Shown: piece by piece, positions 41,426 to 52,008 of the stretch | Layout: the number at the start of each line of letters is the position of its first letter | Numbering within the stretch: the first letter of the stretch is position 1 | NCBI GenBank assembly: GCA_963817895.1 | Contig: CAWFQB010000001.1 | Coordinates: 576,001-640,000 of the forward strand | Direction: 5' to 3' | From: an uncultured Chthonomonadaceae bacterium | Lineage (GTDB): Bacteria > Armatimonadota > Chthonomonadetes > Chthonomonadales > Chthonomonadaceae | Length of the DNA stretch: 64,000 nt | Notes under the pieces: model-generated | Seen by the model: only the letters and a program-made list of their open reading frames with translations | Databases searched by the model: none | Told to the model about the DNA's origin: nothing | Made by a program: the position numbers and the translations under genes

Positions 41426-41611
41426 CTTGTAACATCTATCGTACTTGTCCACGGCGCAACGGCTACATTTCACAATGAGGCGGTAACTGCTTCATTCCTG
41501 GGCCTTCGACACGAAAGAAGCAATAAACCTCTTCCGTAAGTCCCTGTGGACGATGCCAGGCCAATCTTATGGAGTAGACGTATAAAAGGGGTCGTATAAA
41601 TCAGTCTGGAG

Positions 41612-41845
41612 TTAGTGTTTGTTGATCCAGGCCCGCGCGTTGTGCCCTTTGCGCTGCTTCCAGTTATGGTAATTCTTCTTTGCATGGGTTGTGGCATGCG
41701 CTACATGGGCGACCTTCCTTTGTCCCGACTTGTGTATAGCGGTTATGGTGGGATGCGGATCGCGTGGGTTCTGCGCGAACACGGGCAGGCTCACAACGCC
41801 GAGTAGCAGCATGGTCGGGGTAACTCGCAAGAGAAGCGTTTTCAT
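41612..41845 (-). CDS. Small secreted His/Lys-rich protein
   Basis: AAGGA RBS and a signal peptide ending VFA-Q. Confidence 0.6.
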   Translation of the reverse strand: MKTLLLRVTPTMLLLGVVSLPVFAQNPRDPHPTITAIHKSGQRKVAHVAHATTHAKKNYHNWKQRKGHNARAWINKH

Positions 41846-42017
41846 AGATGTGTCCTTTTCAAAGACTGTTCCCTTTACAAAGGAACAGGGCAGAGAGTAT
41901 TCGCAAGGACGGGAAAGCGAGCGAGAAAGTTCCGGCAGATAAATGTGCGCGAGGGGACACAGGAATTTTTTGCTGTGAACTTTCACCGGTATGAACCACG
42001 CAGTCACCTGAAAAAAT

Positions 42018-43433
42018 TTATTCGCGCTTCTCTCCTTCACGCTTCTCTTCATCTACAACGCCGCCCGATTCAGCGCGGCGAATACGATCCGCCAAACCCC
42101 CATCCAGCACAGAAGAAAGAGTTATCTCCATTTTACCTTCGCGCGCTTCCCGCAACAGCACATCGTTCCCTATTTTAATAGCGTGAGATTTGGACGCGCC
42201 AATGCGTTGCGACAGATAGATGCCCCTGTGACCGGACACGATGTAGCTCAGGATGCAGACAGCGGCAAGCGGAACGGCTGCCGCGCTGCCGAACAGGTCC
42301 ATACCCATGAGGGTACAGGCAAGGGGCGTGTTGGCCGCGCCCGCGAACACGGCCACAAACCCCAATCCTGCAAAAAACAGGGGCGGCTGTCCGGTGACAT
42401 GCGCGAACGCTACGCCCAGCGTCGCGCCGATGCAAAACAGGGGTGTCACTTCTCCCCCCTTGAAACCCGCGCCGAGCGTAATCGCCGTGAACAGAATTTT
42501 CCATCCCCACGCGACAAAGGAAACGTCCCCCGCTGTGAAACTCCGCGCGATCAGCGGCAGTCCCAATCCTAAATAGTCCCGCGTTCCGACGAGATAGGTG
42601 AGGGCGATAATCGCGCAGCCGCCGACAAGGGGGCGCAGCCAAGCCAAAGCGATTTTCGATTTGGCGAAGTGGCTGACGGCATGGGTGAGTTCCGCGAATA
42701 CAACACTGGCCGCGCCGAACAACAATCCCGACAGCGCGATCCATGCCCACAATCCGGGCGTCAACAGGGGCAGGCGCAGCATCGGATACGCATAGTGCCG
42801 GATGCCCCAGGCGCGGCAGACTATATCCCCGACAGTGGCGGCTGCGAAACAGGGTATCAGACCCTCGTAACGGATACGCCCGATGGAAACCACTTCCAGC
42901 CCGAACACGGTTCCCGCAAGCGGCGTTCCGAACACCGACCCGAACCCCCCGCTGATGCCCGCCATAATCAGCAGGCGATGCTCTTCAGCCGAAAGTCGCA
43001 GCGGCCTGCTAACCAGATTGGCGAGTGTGCCTCCCATCTGCACCGCCGTACCCTCGCGCCCCGCCGAACCGCCGAACAGATGCGTGACAACCGTTCCTAT
43101 CAGCACAAGCGGAACCATGCGAAAGGGAATTGTCGCGTCCGGGTTGTGGATACGTTCCAGCAGCAGGTTGTTGCCCGCTTCGACGGATTTACCGTAGACG
43201 TGGTACAGACTTCCAATCGCCATGCCCCCGAACGGCAACAGCCACAGCAGCCAGCCGTTCTGTTCGCGTGTTGTGGTGGCTCGGTCCAGCATAAACAGAA
43301 ACAGCGCGGACGCGCTGCCGCTCAACAGTCCGACCCACGCGCCCAATACGCCCCACTTTGCCAGCGTCCACAGCAGCGCAAGAGGTTCATGGAAATGAGT
43401 ATCAGAACGAAAACGGAACAGGCGAGGAGGCAT
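42018..43433 (-). CDS. CLC-family channel of the fluoride-exporter (CLC-F) type
   Basis: GNNLL, GREGT and GEVTP signature motifs. Confidence 0.9.
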   Translation of the reverse strand: MPPRLFRFRSDTHFHEPLALLWTLAKWGVLGAWVGLLSGSASALFLFMLDRATTTREQNGWLLWLLPFGGMAIGSLYHVYGKSVEAGNNLLLERIHNPDATIPFRMVPLVLIGTVVTHLFGGSAGREGTAVQMGGTLANLVSRPLRLSAEEHRLLIMAGISGGFGSVFGTPLAGTVFGLEVVSIGRIRYEGLIPCFAAATVGDIVCRAWGIRHYAYPMLRLPLLTPGLWAWIALSGLLFGAASVVFAELTHAVSHFAKSKIALAWLRPLVGGCAIIALTYLVGTRDYLGLGLPLIARSFTAGDVSFVAWGWKILFTAITLGAGFKGGEVTPLFCIGATLGVAFAHVTGQPPLFFAGLGFVAVFAGAANTPLACTLMGMDLFGSAAAVPLAAVCILSYIVSGHRGIYLSQRIGASKSHAIKIGNDVLLREAREGKMEITLSSVLDGGLADRIRRAESGGVVDEEKREGEKRE

Positions 43434-43680
43434 AACCTATCCTTTGGAAAACGATTGGAAAGAACAATGCGCGCCATTCTGCAAATGCTTGCAAATATAC
43501 AGGAACAAAGGAATCAGTTTGCTGCACATACGTGGCTGCTGTGCATGAAAATAGCGCTGTAAACGACTGCAAACTTGCGCCATTTCGCAGTCAGGATACT
43601 TTAAGTACGCTAAATGCAGGTTTGCAGAGCAAATTTTGTGAAAATAATTCAAAAGTTTATGTAAAATCTGTGCAAAATCA

Positions 43681-43715
43681 TTGACACAGATATTTAAGTA
43701 TGTTATCCTCTACTC
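43681..43715 (+). promoter_or_regulatory. Leaderless promoter of the LacI regulator
   Basis: TTGACA, 17 nt, TATCCT, 6 nt, ATG. Operator-like TGCAAATGCTTGCA upstream at 43480-43493. Confidence 0.7.
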
Positions 43716-44759
43716 ATGTCCAATATTCATGAAGTGGCAAGGCAGGCCGGCGTTTCCGCCGCAACCGTTTCCCGCACGTTCAGCGCGCCCAACCTGCTCA
43801 ACGAGCATACGCAGAAGCGCGTTTTGGAAGTGGCGCGTCGTCTCAACTATCAGCCCCGCAGTCTGCGAGTGGCAGGGACACGAGGCGCGTCGCGTTCCCG
43901 AAGCGTAAGCATCAATGCTATCGGCTTCCAGTTTTTCGCCGCCGCCCCTACGGATACGCTTCAAACGAACACTTTTTACGCGCCCATGCTGGCCGGCGCC
44001 CTTGCGGAAGCCTCCGATCTGGGCCTGCATCTTCTCCTTCATACGACCGACCGGCACAGTCTGGCGCAGGAAGCCCCGCGCATGATCGTGGAGCAGACGG
44101 TAGACGGGATGCTGCTTGTCGGCACGGCGGAACCGGCTATTTTAGCCCGCTTTGCCCAACACGTTCCCCATATCGTACTGCTGGACAACCACGACGAAAC
44201 CGGCGAATACGAGAGCGTGATTTCGGATGGTTTCGGTGGCGCGTTTCGCGCTACGCATTACTTGCTGGAATTGGGCCACCGCCGCATCTGTTTTCTCAGC
44301 GAACCCGGCGTGGCGACCTTTCAGGATCGGCTTCGAGGCTACCGGTGCGCGCTTCTGGAAGCGGGTATCGGACTGGACCCCAACCTTGTCGTGATGGGAA
44401 ACTCGCCGGAAGAGATCGCCCGGCTGGTGACGCAGCGGCTTTCCCACACCGACGCGCCGACCGCCCTCCTGTCAGCAAACGATTACTCCGCGTACTGCAC
44501 CATGCGCGCGTGTCGCGAAATGGGCTTGCAAGTGCCGCGCGACCTGAGCGTAATCGGTTTCGACGATATTCCCTTCAGCGCGCACACGGATGTTCCGCTG
44601 ACAACCGTGCGCGTCAATAAAGAATTCATGGGGCGTCTGGCGGTTTGCCGCCTGCAAACGCGCATGAAGGCCGGTCTGGAGGCAAGCCGCTCGCAGCCCC
44701 CTGTCGGCAATCTGGTTCCCGTTGCTCTCATCATTCGCGATTCTTGCCGCCGCCTGTAG
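43716..44759 (+). CDS. LacI-family transcriptional regulator
   Basis: IHEVARQAGVSAATVSR HTH and VPRDLSVIGFDD. Confidence 0.96.
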   Translation: MSNIHEVARQAGVSAATVSRTFSAPNLLNEHTQKRVLEVARRLNYQPRSLRVAGTRGASRSRSVSINAIGFQFFAAAPTDTLQTNTFYAPMLAGALAEASDLGLHLLLHTTDRHSLAQEAPRMIVEQTVDGMLLVGTAEPAILARFAQHVPHIVLLDNHDETGEYESVISDGFGGAFRATHYLLELGHRRICFLSEPGVATFQDRLRGYRCALLEAGIGLDPNLVVMGNSPEEIARLVTQRLSHTDAPTALLSANDYSAYCTMRACREMGLQVPRDLSVIGFDDIPFSAHTDVPLTTVRVNKEFMGRLAVCRLQTRMKAGLEASRSQPPVGNLVPVALIIRDSCRRL

Positions 44760-44808
44760 CGCGCGAAGACGGATGATAGTTTCTCAAAGAAGGAGGTGAT
44801 AAAATACT

Positions 44809-45046
44809 ATGCGGACACGATGTATGTGGCCCCGCGCGGGCGCAGCAGCCCTGATTCTGTGCAGCGTCTTGCTTGCCGGATGCAAAAACGGCAGTTCCGT
44901 CACGGCGGATGAAGAACAGAAGTTCAAGAATCCGCCCGAAAGAAATGCCCAAAGAGGCTGTCGAGTTTATGAAGAACCATAGCGCGCCGCCCGCTGGCGC
45001 ACAGGCTCCCGCTGGAGCGACCTCGACTCCCGCGCCGGGAAAATAA
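44809..45046 (+). CDS. Small lipoprotein, frameshift at ~44938
   Basis: AGGAGGTGA RBS, lipobox LAGC and a Pro/Ala-rich tail in the shifted frame. Confidence 0.7.
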
Positions 45047-45257
45047 GTCCCAACGTTGAATCTTCCGGTAAAACGTTGGGGACGATGTAAAGCGCGGTTC
45101 CGGCCCGCGATGTATATAACGCGCGATGTCGCGCGTCTGTGCAGTCATTTTCTTATTCCTATCCTGAAAATCCCCGATTTTCATGCTCAAGGGCGCGCGA
45201 AGCGCATGAAGACTGTTCTGGAACAAACTCTGATATTCTGTTACGAAGGAGAAGTTG

Positions 45258-46031
45258 ATGCAAAGAAGCAAAGGTTTCACACTGATTGAGTTGCTCGTAG
45301 TTATCGCCATCATTGCGATATTGGCGGCCATTCTGTTCCCGGTATTCGCGCAGGCGCGCGCCAAAGCGCGGCAGGCGAGCGGCCAATCCAACCAGAAGCA
45401 GTTGGGTACGGCGGTGTTGATGTACGTGCAGGACTACGATGAAACGTTCCCCATCGGCCTGGATAACGGCTGGTGGATGAGCACATGGATCCGCAACACG
45501 CAGCCCTATGTCAAGAACTTCCAGGTATACCGCGATCCCAGCGATGCCACTCCTGCGGACCCGACGATCACCTGGGCCGGCATTAAAATTTCCTACGGGG
45601 CCAATGGCGCCATTCAATGGAATGGAAGCGCTAATGAGATGGCCGGCGTAATCGGGCTGTCGCAAAGCTGGCTGGCGAACAACACGCGCGCGCTTTCGGG
45701 CGTGAACCGTTCGTCGGAAACCGTTATGTTTGCCGACAAATTCGATCAGGACAACCTCTCCGACTGGGGACTGGGATGCTTGTTCACCGGCGTAAACTGG
45801 TGGGACAACTACGGCCCGCCCGTTCACATGTACGGCGACCTTCCCAATGGCACGAACAGCCCCACCGCGGCTTTCCCCAACGGCCCCGATGGCGCGGTAA
45901 CGGCCATTCATAACAACCAGTCAACCTTTACCTTCTGCGACGGACATGTCAAGTCCCTGAAACCCTCCGCAACCAACCCTGATCCCGTCAATCGTCCTCA
46001 GGACAACATGTGGATCGCCAATCGCAAGTAG
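45258..46031 (+). CDS. Prepilin-type N-terminal cleavage / H-X9-DG (DUF1559-like) protein
   Basis: [29 protein letters not shown] and [15 protein letters not shown]. Confidence 0.93.
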   Translation: MQRSKGFTLIELLVVIAIIAILAAILFPVFAQARAKARQASGQSNQKQLGTAVLMYVQDYDETFPIGLDNGWWMSTWIRNTQPYVKNFQVYRDPSDATPADPTITWAGIKISYGANGAIQWNGSANEMAGVIGLSQSWLANNTRALSGVNRSSETVMFADKFDQDNLSDWGLGCLFTGVNWWDNYGPPVHMYGDLPNGTNSPTAAFPNGPDGAVTAIHNNQSTFTFCDGHVKSLKPSATNPDPVNRPQDNMWIANRK

Positions 46032-46082
46032 AGTTCATAGTTGATAGTCCACTACCAATCAGTCAAAAAGTTCAACTATGCA

Positions 46083-46131
46083 AGCCCGTCCGAAAAATCG
46101 TGAATAACGGTTATTCGGACGGGCTTGTTTT
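46083..46131. terminator. Terminator hairpin between convergent genes
   Basis: AAGCCCGTCCGAA...TTCGGACGGGCTT followed by gtttt. Confidence 0.8.
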
Positions 46132-46152
46132 CTCGCTATCAACTGTCAACTA

Positions 46153-47025
46153 TCAACCCATCTCCGCCAGCAAGCCTCGCGTGTAGCCGACGCTTTCCGC
46201 CAGTCCGGGGAGGGGATCGTCCGCGTCTTTTTCGTACTCGAAGTTGGCGTAGTAGGCATACTGAATTTTCAGCATCGCCTGCAAAATGGATTTCACGTTC
46301 AGGACGCCCCGGCCCACTTCCACATTCGCGCCTTTGGGCGTGATGTTGTTGATGTCTTTCAGGTGCATGTCGTACAAACGTTCGCGGTATTTCAACACGG
46401 CTTCGGCGGGATCGTCCCCGGCGCGGGCGGAATGGCCCACATCTATGCACAGCCCGATGCGTTTGTCATACGACTGCACGGCTTTCCACACATCGGTGGG
46501 CGCGGGGAACCGCTTGTCTTCCGGGCCGTGATTGTGGATGGCAAGCTTGATGTCGAACTCTTTTACCATCTTGTCGAGCAGAACCATGCTGTCGGGGTCG
46601 GGGGCGCAGACAATGGTGGGCAGGCCGATGTCACGGGCGTATTCAAAGGCGGCGCGAATGTTCGCCTCGTCGTTTTTCATTGCAACGTTGCCGCAACTGA
46701 CCGGCGTAATGCCCGCGTCCTTGAACTTTTGCGCGACGGCCTTTCGCTCTTCGGGCGTACTCTTCATCGCCAGATGGGAGTCCTTGATGGAAACGTATTT
46801 CAGCCCGACGCGCTGAATGTCCTTAATCGCCAGATCGAGCGGGATTTTGCGCAGGGTGTACGAGGCGACGCCGATTTTCAGCCCGTGCCATAAATCCGCG
46901 TGAGAAACCGTTTTCACGGGCGCGTTTTGCGCGTTCGCGTTCGCGCCGGCCTGCGACATTGCGGCCAGAGTCGCCGCGCCCGTCAGCAGCAAATCCCGGC
47001 GGGAAACCGAAGATGAATGAGCCAT
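46153..47025 (-). CDS. Tat-exported sugar phosphate isomerase/epimerase (xylose-isomerase-like TIM barrel)
   Basis: SRRDLL, HNHGPED, DVGH, HLKD and FEYE. Confidence 0.9.
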   Translation of the reverse strand: MAHSSSVSRRDLLLTGAATLAAMSQAGANANAQNAPVKTVSHADLWHGLKIGVASYTLRKIPLDLAIKDIQRVGLKYVSIKDSHLAMKSTPEERKAVAQKFKDAGITPVSCGNVAMKNDEANIRAAFEYARDIGLPTIVCAPDPDSMVLLDKMVKEFDIKLAIHNHGPEDKRFPAPTDVWKAVQSYDKRIGLCIDVGHSARAGDDPAEAVLKYRERLYDMHLKDINNITPKGANVEVGRGVLNVKSILQAMLKIQYAYYANFEYEKDADDPLPGLAESVGYTRGLLAEMG

Positions 47026-47256
47026 GTTGTCCCTCCTCCATAGAAATTGAAAACTAGCCCGGCGAAAATAAGGGCGGATGCCGCTTTATTCCGCAACATC
47101 CGCCGTCCTTCCTTCTCTTTTTTGCTGCAAACAATTCAGGCGACAGGCGTAATATCGTCAGACAAAGCGTTTCTCTCAAAAACAAGTTCGCAGGGACACA
47201 ACATGTTGTGTCCCTACCAGTTTCCATCTTGGAATACAGAACTCAATTTCGCGTGT

Positions 47257-47796
47257 CTACTTTTCCGATTCGGCCTTGTCCTCGTAGTAGTGGTTGATGT
47301 GGTCGTACAGGCCGTCCGGGAAGCGCAGTTCGCGGTACACATTGCCCATATCCGGGTCGTTCGGGTCGGGAATAATCTGGAATTTCTGATGCGCCTGTTG
47401 CTCGATGATTCGTTCGCGGCGGGGCGGGTTGTAATCGTGGTCGCGTATCTGAATGTACAGGGCGCGGGCCTGCTCCTCGCTGAATTCCGGCTGTTTGGCG
47501 AGCAGTCCGACAATCTCCTCTTCGTCCAGAAAGTGCCGCGCAATAGCGACAAACGTAAATTGCCCGTAATGTCCGATGTCCGTACCCGCTTCGAGCGCTT
47601 CGAGCAGTCGCGCCATCAGGGGCGAGTCGCGCATGTTTTCGCTGCGGTTGGCGTTGTCGTACTGCTGGTTGTCCCGGTTCTCATGCGCTATCGCGTCCTC
47701 GTCGTTATGGCGGCGATGGTCCTCATGGGTAAGGGCATGTGTATTGTTACGCTTCGTATCTTTGCTAGTATCTTCCTGTGTTTGCGCGCGGTTCAT
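47257..47796 (-). CDS. Hypothetical protein resembling the primase large-subunit C-terminal fold
   Basis: DIGHYGQFTF..EEIVGLL..PEFSEEQAR..YNPP pattern; AGGAG RBS. Confidence 0.6.
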   Translation of the reverse strand: MNRAQTQEDTSKDTKRNNTHALTHEDHRRHNDEDAIAHENRDNQQYDNANRSENMRDSPLMARLLEALEAGTDIGHYGQFTFVAIARHFLDEEEIVGLLAKQPEFSEEQARALYIQIRDHDYNPPRRERIIEQQAHQKFQIIPDPNDPDMGNVYRELRFPDGLYDHINHYYEDKAESEK

Positions 47797-48059
47797 GGCG
47801 TTTCTCCTGCTTTCAAAAATGGTGTTCAGGTGTTCAGGTATTCAGGTGTTCAGACTGCCCCTTTTGGCTCTTATCTGGTATTTAGCGCCTGCTGAGTTGT
47901 TCACATAAGTCGAAAACAGGTAAACAAATGTTCCCAAATTTCCCGTCTTTGTTTTCGTTTCTTTCGCCTGGCGCGTTGAACTCTCCCTTCGTCTGGCGCG
48001 TATAAAGACAGGGTGCCGCGCGGCTCGTAATTTATGCGGCACTGCCATAAGGACTCTGC

Positions 48060-49535
48060 ATGTTACGTAAATCTTCCGGCGCGGTCACAGACGACCGCGC
48101 CGATTCCGTTACCAATCCCGATCCCGACTATTCCGCCCTTCCGGGCAATGAGCTGTTTCAGCCGCCCCTGTGGGAGAGCGGACGCGAGATACACAAAGCC
48201 GTCTGGACAATCGCGTGGCCGTCCGTGCTGACCATGCTGCTGCAAACGTTTAACGGCCTGATGGACACGCTATTCGTGGGACATTTGCCCCATGCCAAAC
48301 AAGCCCTCGCGGCTACGGGCATTGGCGGGCAGGTGGTTTTTCTGCTGATCGCGCTGGCGATGGGCGTTTCGGTGGGAACAACCGCATTGGTGGCGCGTTT
48401 TACGGGCGCGAACAGCCACGAGGAACGCCTGCGGGCAACCGGGCAATCACTCACGCTGAGTTTTGTGATTTCGGTTGTCGTGTGCGCGCTGTTTTATACG
48501 GGGCGCAATACGATTGTCGGCTGGATGCTGACCGGGCAGACGGATGCGGAAACCACGCGCCTGTGTTCGCAATTTCTCGGCATCGCGCTGCTGGCGACCG
48601 TGCCGATGTTCCTGATGAACACGCTGATGGGCGCGTTTCGGGGTTTGGGCGACACGCGCACTCCGATGCTGGTACAGTCTATCGCCATTGCCACCCACAT
48701 TACTTGCAACTGGATGCTGATTTACGGTCATTTCGGCCTGCCCGCGCTTGGGGTTCGGGGCGCGGCAACGGCTCTCGCCGTCTCCATTTTTGTGAGCGCG
48801 ATTTTGTATGTGGCAGCCCTGAAACTCCGGTCTCCGCTGCGCGCGGCCCTGTCACCGCGCTATCTGGCGTTCGATCTCACGGGGGAATGGTACAAGCGAA
48901 TTTTGAAAATTGGCCTGCCCGCTTCCATTCAGGCCGTGATACGCTCGCTCGCCATGATGTCGTTTACGGGGTTGCTGGCGCGGACGGCAGAAGGCTCGTC
49001 CGCTGTCGCGGCCATGAGCATCGGGGTACGGGCGGAGGCCATCGCGTACATGCCGGGTTTCGGTTACAGCGTGGCCGCGTCCGCGCTTGTCGGGCAGTAT
49101 TTAGGGGCAAAGAATATCCCGCGCGCCGAACGCAGCGCATGGGCGGCAACCACGCAGGCAATGCTCGTGATGGCGTTTGTCGGGCTGGGCTTTTATCTGT
49201 TTTCCGAACCGCTTGCCGGATTGTTCACAAGCGATCCGGGCGTCCGGCATTTAGGGGCGTTGTATCTGAAAATCAACTCGGTTTGTGAGCCGTTTATGGC
49301 GCTGGGCATGGTGCTGACGGGTGGATTGCAGGGCGCGGGCGATACCATTCGCCCCACCTTCATCACGCTGTTTACGATGTGGGTGGTACGCCTGCCGCTG
49401 AGTTACTGGCTGATGTTCCATTGCAATCTGCAAACGGCGGGCGCGTGGTGGGCGATGTGCGTGACCGCGATACTGGGCGGCGTAATTACGGCTGCGCTGT
49501 TTCAAACCGGCTGGTGGAAGAAGATCAAGGTATAG
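48060..49535 (+). CDS. MATE-family efflux transporter
   Basis: About 12 TM segments; DTLFVGHL, RGLGDTRTP and QGAGDT. Confidence 0.95.
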   Translation: MLRKSSGAVTDDRADSVTNPDPDYSALPGNELFQPPLWESGREIHKAVWTIAWPSVLTMLLQTFNGLMDTLFVGHLPHAKQALAATGIGGQVVFLLIALAMGVSVGTTALVARFTGANSHEERLRATGQSLTLSFVISVVVCALFYTGRNTIVGWMLTGQTDAETTRLCSQFLGIALLATVPMFLMNTLMGAFRGLGDTRTPMLVQSIAIATHITCNWMLIYGHFGLPALGVRGAATALAVSIFVSAILYVAALKLRSPLRAALSPRYLAFDLTGEWYKRILKIGLPASIQAVIRSLAMMSFTGLLARTAEGSSAVAAMSIGVRAEAIAYMPGFGYSVAASALVGQYLGAKNIPRAERSAWAATTQAMLVMAFVGLGFYLFSEPLAGLFTSDPGVRHLGALYLKINSVCEPFMALGMVLTGGLQGAGDTIRPTFITLFTMWVVRLPLSYWLMFHCNLQTAGAWWAMCVTAILGGVITAALFQTGWWKKIKV

Positions 49536-49659
49536 GTGTTGGGGTGGAAGGCGCAGACTGATAAAGCGCAGACAGTCGGCTTGAATGTCCGGCTGCCTGC
49601 AATTCGTTTCCCGCTGGTATCCGTTCCAGGTTCCATCCGGCTGAACCATCGTAAACCGG

Positions 49660-51157
49660 CTACCAATTACCCGCTAAATTGGACGTGACAGTCACTACAG
49701 AAGTCGCTACTACCGCCTCTTTCCAGTCACTCCCCGCGTAAAACGCCAGATTCAGCGCGTCCATGTCATCCGGCGAACGCCCCAACCGCTTCTTCGTGTC
49801 TGCCTTTGCCTCCACCACGCGCCGCCCCTGCGCATCCACCCGCCATGTTGGAGCCATCGCCTGCGCCCGCAGCAGATTGCGCGACGTTTCGTTCAGGCGC
49901 GACAAATCTATGCGCCCCTCTGAGGCCCGCCCGCTTGTCGCAAACCACAACTCCGAGCGCGTATTCGGAAAACGCTCCTCCTCCAGAGCGCGGCTGCTGC
50001 TGTTCACGCTCGTAAACGTAAACCCCTCCGCCAGATCAACCACCGCGCCCTGCACATCGTCAATGCGGCATGTCACCTCCTGCGGATTTTCACCCGCGTT
50101 CGCATACTCCCGGCATAACTGCTTCAAACGCCCCGCAATCTGCCGGTTGTCCCACCCGTTATGCGTCTCGTGCCACAACGCGCAATTGCCTCGCCGCACC
50201 ACCATACTCGTAAAATCATCCCCGAACCGCGCCTTGTCGCAGCCGATTTGCAGCCGTTCGCTATCCACAACGCCTTGCCATTCCAGACACGCCAGCCAGA
50301 GGGCTTCCGTCCACACGGATGCGCTTCCGCCCGTCGGCCATAACCCCAAAACCCGGCTTTCAAACAGCGGGCCGGGACGATACCATTTCCCGCTTCCGGT
50401 TGGAAACTCAAAATCCTGCGCTGTACAATCCTCCGAAGGCATCGCCGTACACCATTCCGCAAGCCGCCCCTGTACCCATTCCAATCGTACCGCCCGGGGA
50501 AACGGCGCAGGCCTGCCCGCCAAATCCGCCGCGATATTCGGATGCTCCAGCGCGGAAATTTCCATGACGTGCCACTTTTGCGTGTTCTGGCACTCCTCAT
50601 ACGCCCGGCTTGCCGGGTCTGTTGGATTCAAGATCACCAGCCAGTAGGACGACGAACTTGTCATCATGCCCTCCGCCGCATCCCAGAACGCGCTGTCCAC
50701 GCCCGTCGCCTCATCGAACACAATCAGCACATGTTCCGCATGGCATCCCTGAAAGCCGCTGTCGTCACGCGCCGTATACCCGATTGCGAAATGTTCCGGG
50801 TCGGTTTCCATCCTGACAGGCGCGCGGCAGCAAAGCGTTTCGTCGCGCGACAGGCCGCTGCGAACGTATCTCCTTCCACAAAATATCCTGCACCTGCCGC
50901 GCCGTGGGAGCCGTGGTAATGCACAGGCCCGGATCAAAGCAGTCGAAAAACCAGTTTACCAGCCCGCCCGCCAGAAACGACTTGCCCACGCTGTGACTCG
51001 CCTTCACAAACACCCGCTTATGCCGGACCAGCGCCATCGCCGCCTCGATCTGCTTGTCCCACCACTGTACGCCCAAAACCTCCCGCGCATACCCCACCGG
51101 ATCCTCCCGATACCGCGCGAACCGCAAACTATCACTTGCCGCATCCTTTTCTTTCAT
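49660..51157 (-). CDS. Phage terminase large subunit, frameshift at ~50820
   Basis: Walker A ASHSVGKS, TAPTARQV, Walker B IVFDEA, ILNP, nuclease GCDKARFGDD and RSPDDMDA. Confidence 0.88.
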
Positions 51158-51289
51158 CCTTCATCCTTTGCAACATCCTTTGCCTTCACCTGCGAACCCT
51201 CTGTATTAACACTTGTCTCCTGTTTTAGAAGTCTTCCGCCAAAAATAATTTACGGCACTCCGCAACCGCCAGAGAACCAGAAAACAAAA

Positions 51290-51314
51290 AACTCAGGCAT
51301 ATACGCCTGAGTTT
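51290..51314 (-). terminator. Intrinsic terminator after the ATPase-DUF3226 pair
   Basis: AACTCAGGC-ATATAC-GCCTGAGTT preceded by a plus-strand A-tract. Confidence 0.75.
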
Positions 51315-51340
51315 CCTGATTCCTGCCTGACCAAAACAGT

Positions 51341-52006
51341 TTACGGCTGATTTCCCGTCGAAAACAGCGAACGCAACCATGCCGCCAACGTTTGCGCCGG
51401 CGGCGCATCTATTTGCAGGTAGCCCTTGCGAAGCGCCTGCCCCAATGGGGTTCCGGGTTCCTCCTGCCATGCCAGCCACGTATGCACCTTGGCTTTGATA
51501 ACGCCTGACGGCGTGGATTTGAACAAACGCTCGTCTTCAGGTATTTGCTCTACTGCCAGTTCCGCCCGCTGCCATACGCGCGCGTCCGTCAGGCGTATTC
51601 TGCTGACGAATGTTTCCAGACTGCCCTCGGCGATATTATCCGGCATCAGCCAGAGTCCCACAATCGGAAGATCAGGCTGCTGCGCCAGAATTGTTCCTGC
51701 CGTGTCCAACTGTCGCGGAACGTTCTGGTAGCCCGCCTGTGTCAGAGCGTATTATACCGCTTGCCACCTTGCCGCAATATCAAGATCGGCATCCAGAACA
51801 ACGCCAAGATGCGTCTCATTGTCCGCTTTCAGGCGTGTTGACAGGCCGCTGATAATCCGTTCCACGCCCTTGCCATCCTCAATGCAAAAGACATTATCCA
51901 AGCCGTGCAGATTGCGGAAATGTCCGAAAAAGTGGAAATCATCCGCGCCCTCCACAAGCAATACATTGTCGGCGGGGCCGTCACCGGGTTGTAATATGCG
52001 CGGCAT
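51341..52006 (-). CDS. DUF3226-like TOPRIM-fold protein, frameshift at ~51750
   Basis: LLVEGADD, GVVLDAD, GLWLMPDN..GSLE and KAKVHTWLAWQEEPG. Confidence 0.8.
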
Positions 52007-52008
52007 TT

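Noticed and set aside
43434..43680. Fluoride riboswitch upstream of the CLC-F gene
   Set aside because: I could not find the GGCGATGG-type consensus on the minus strand.
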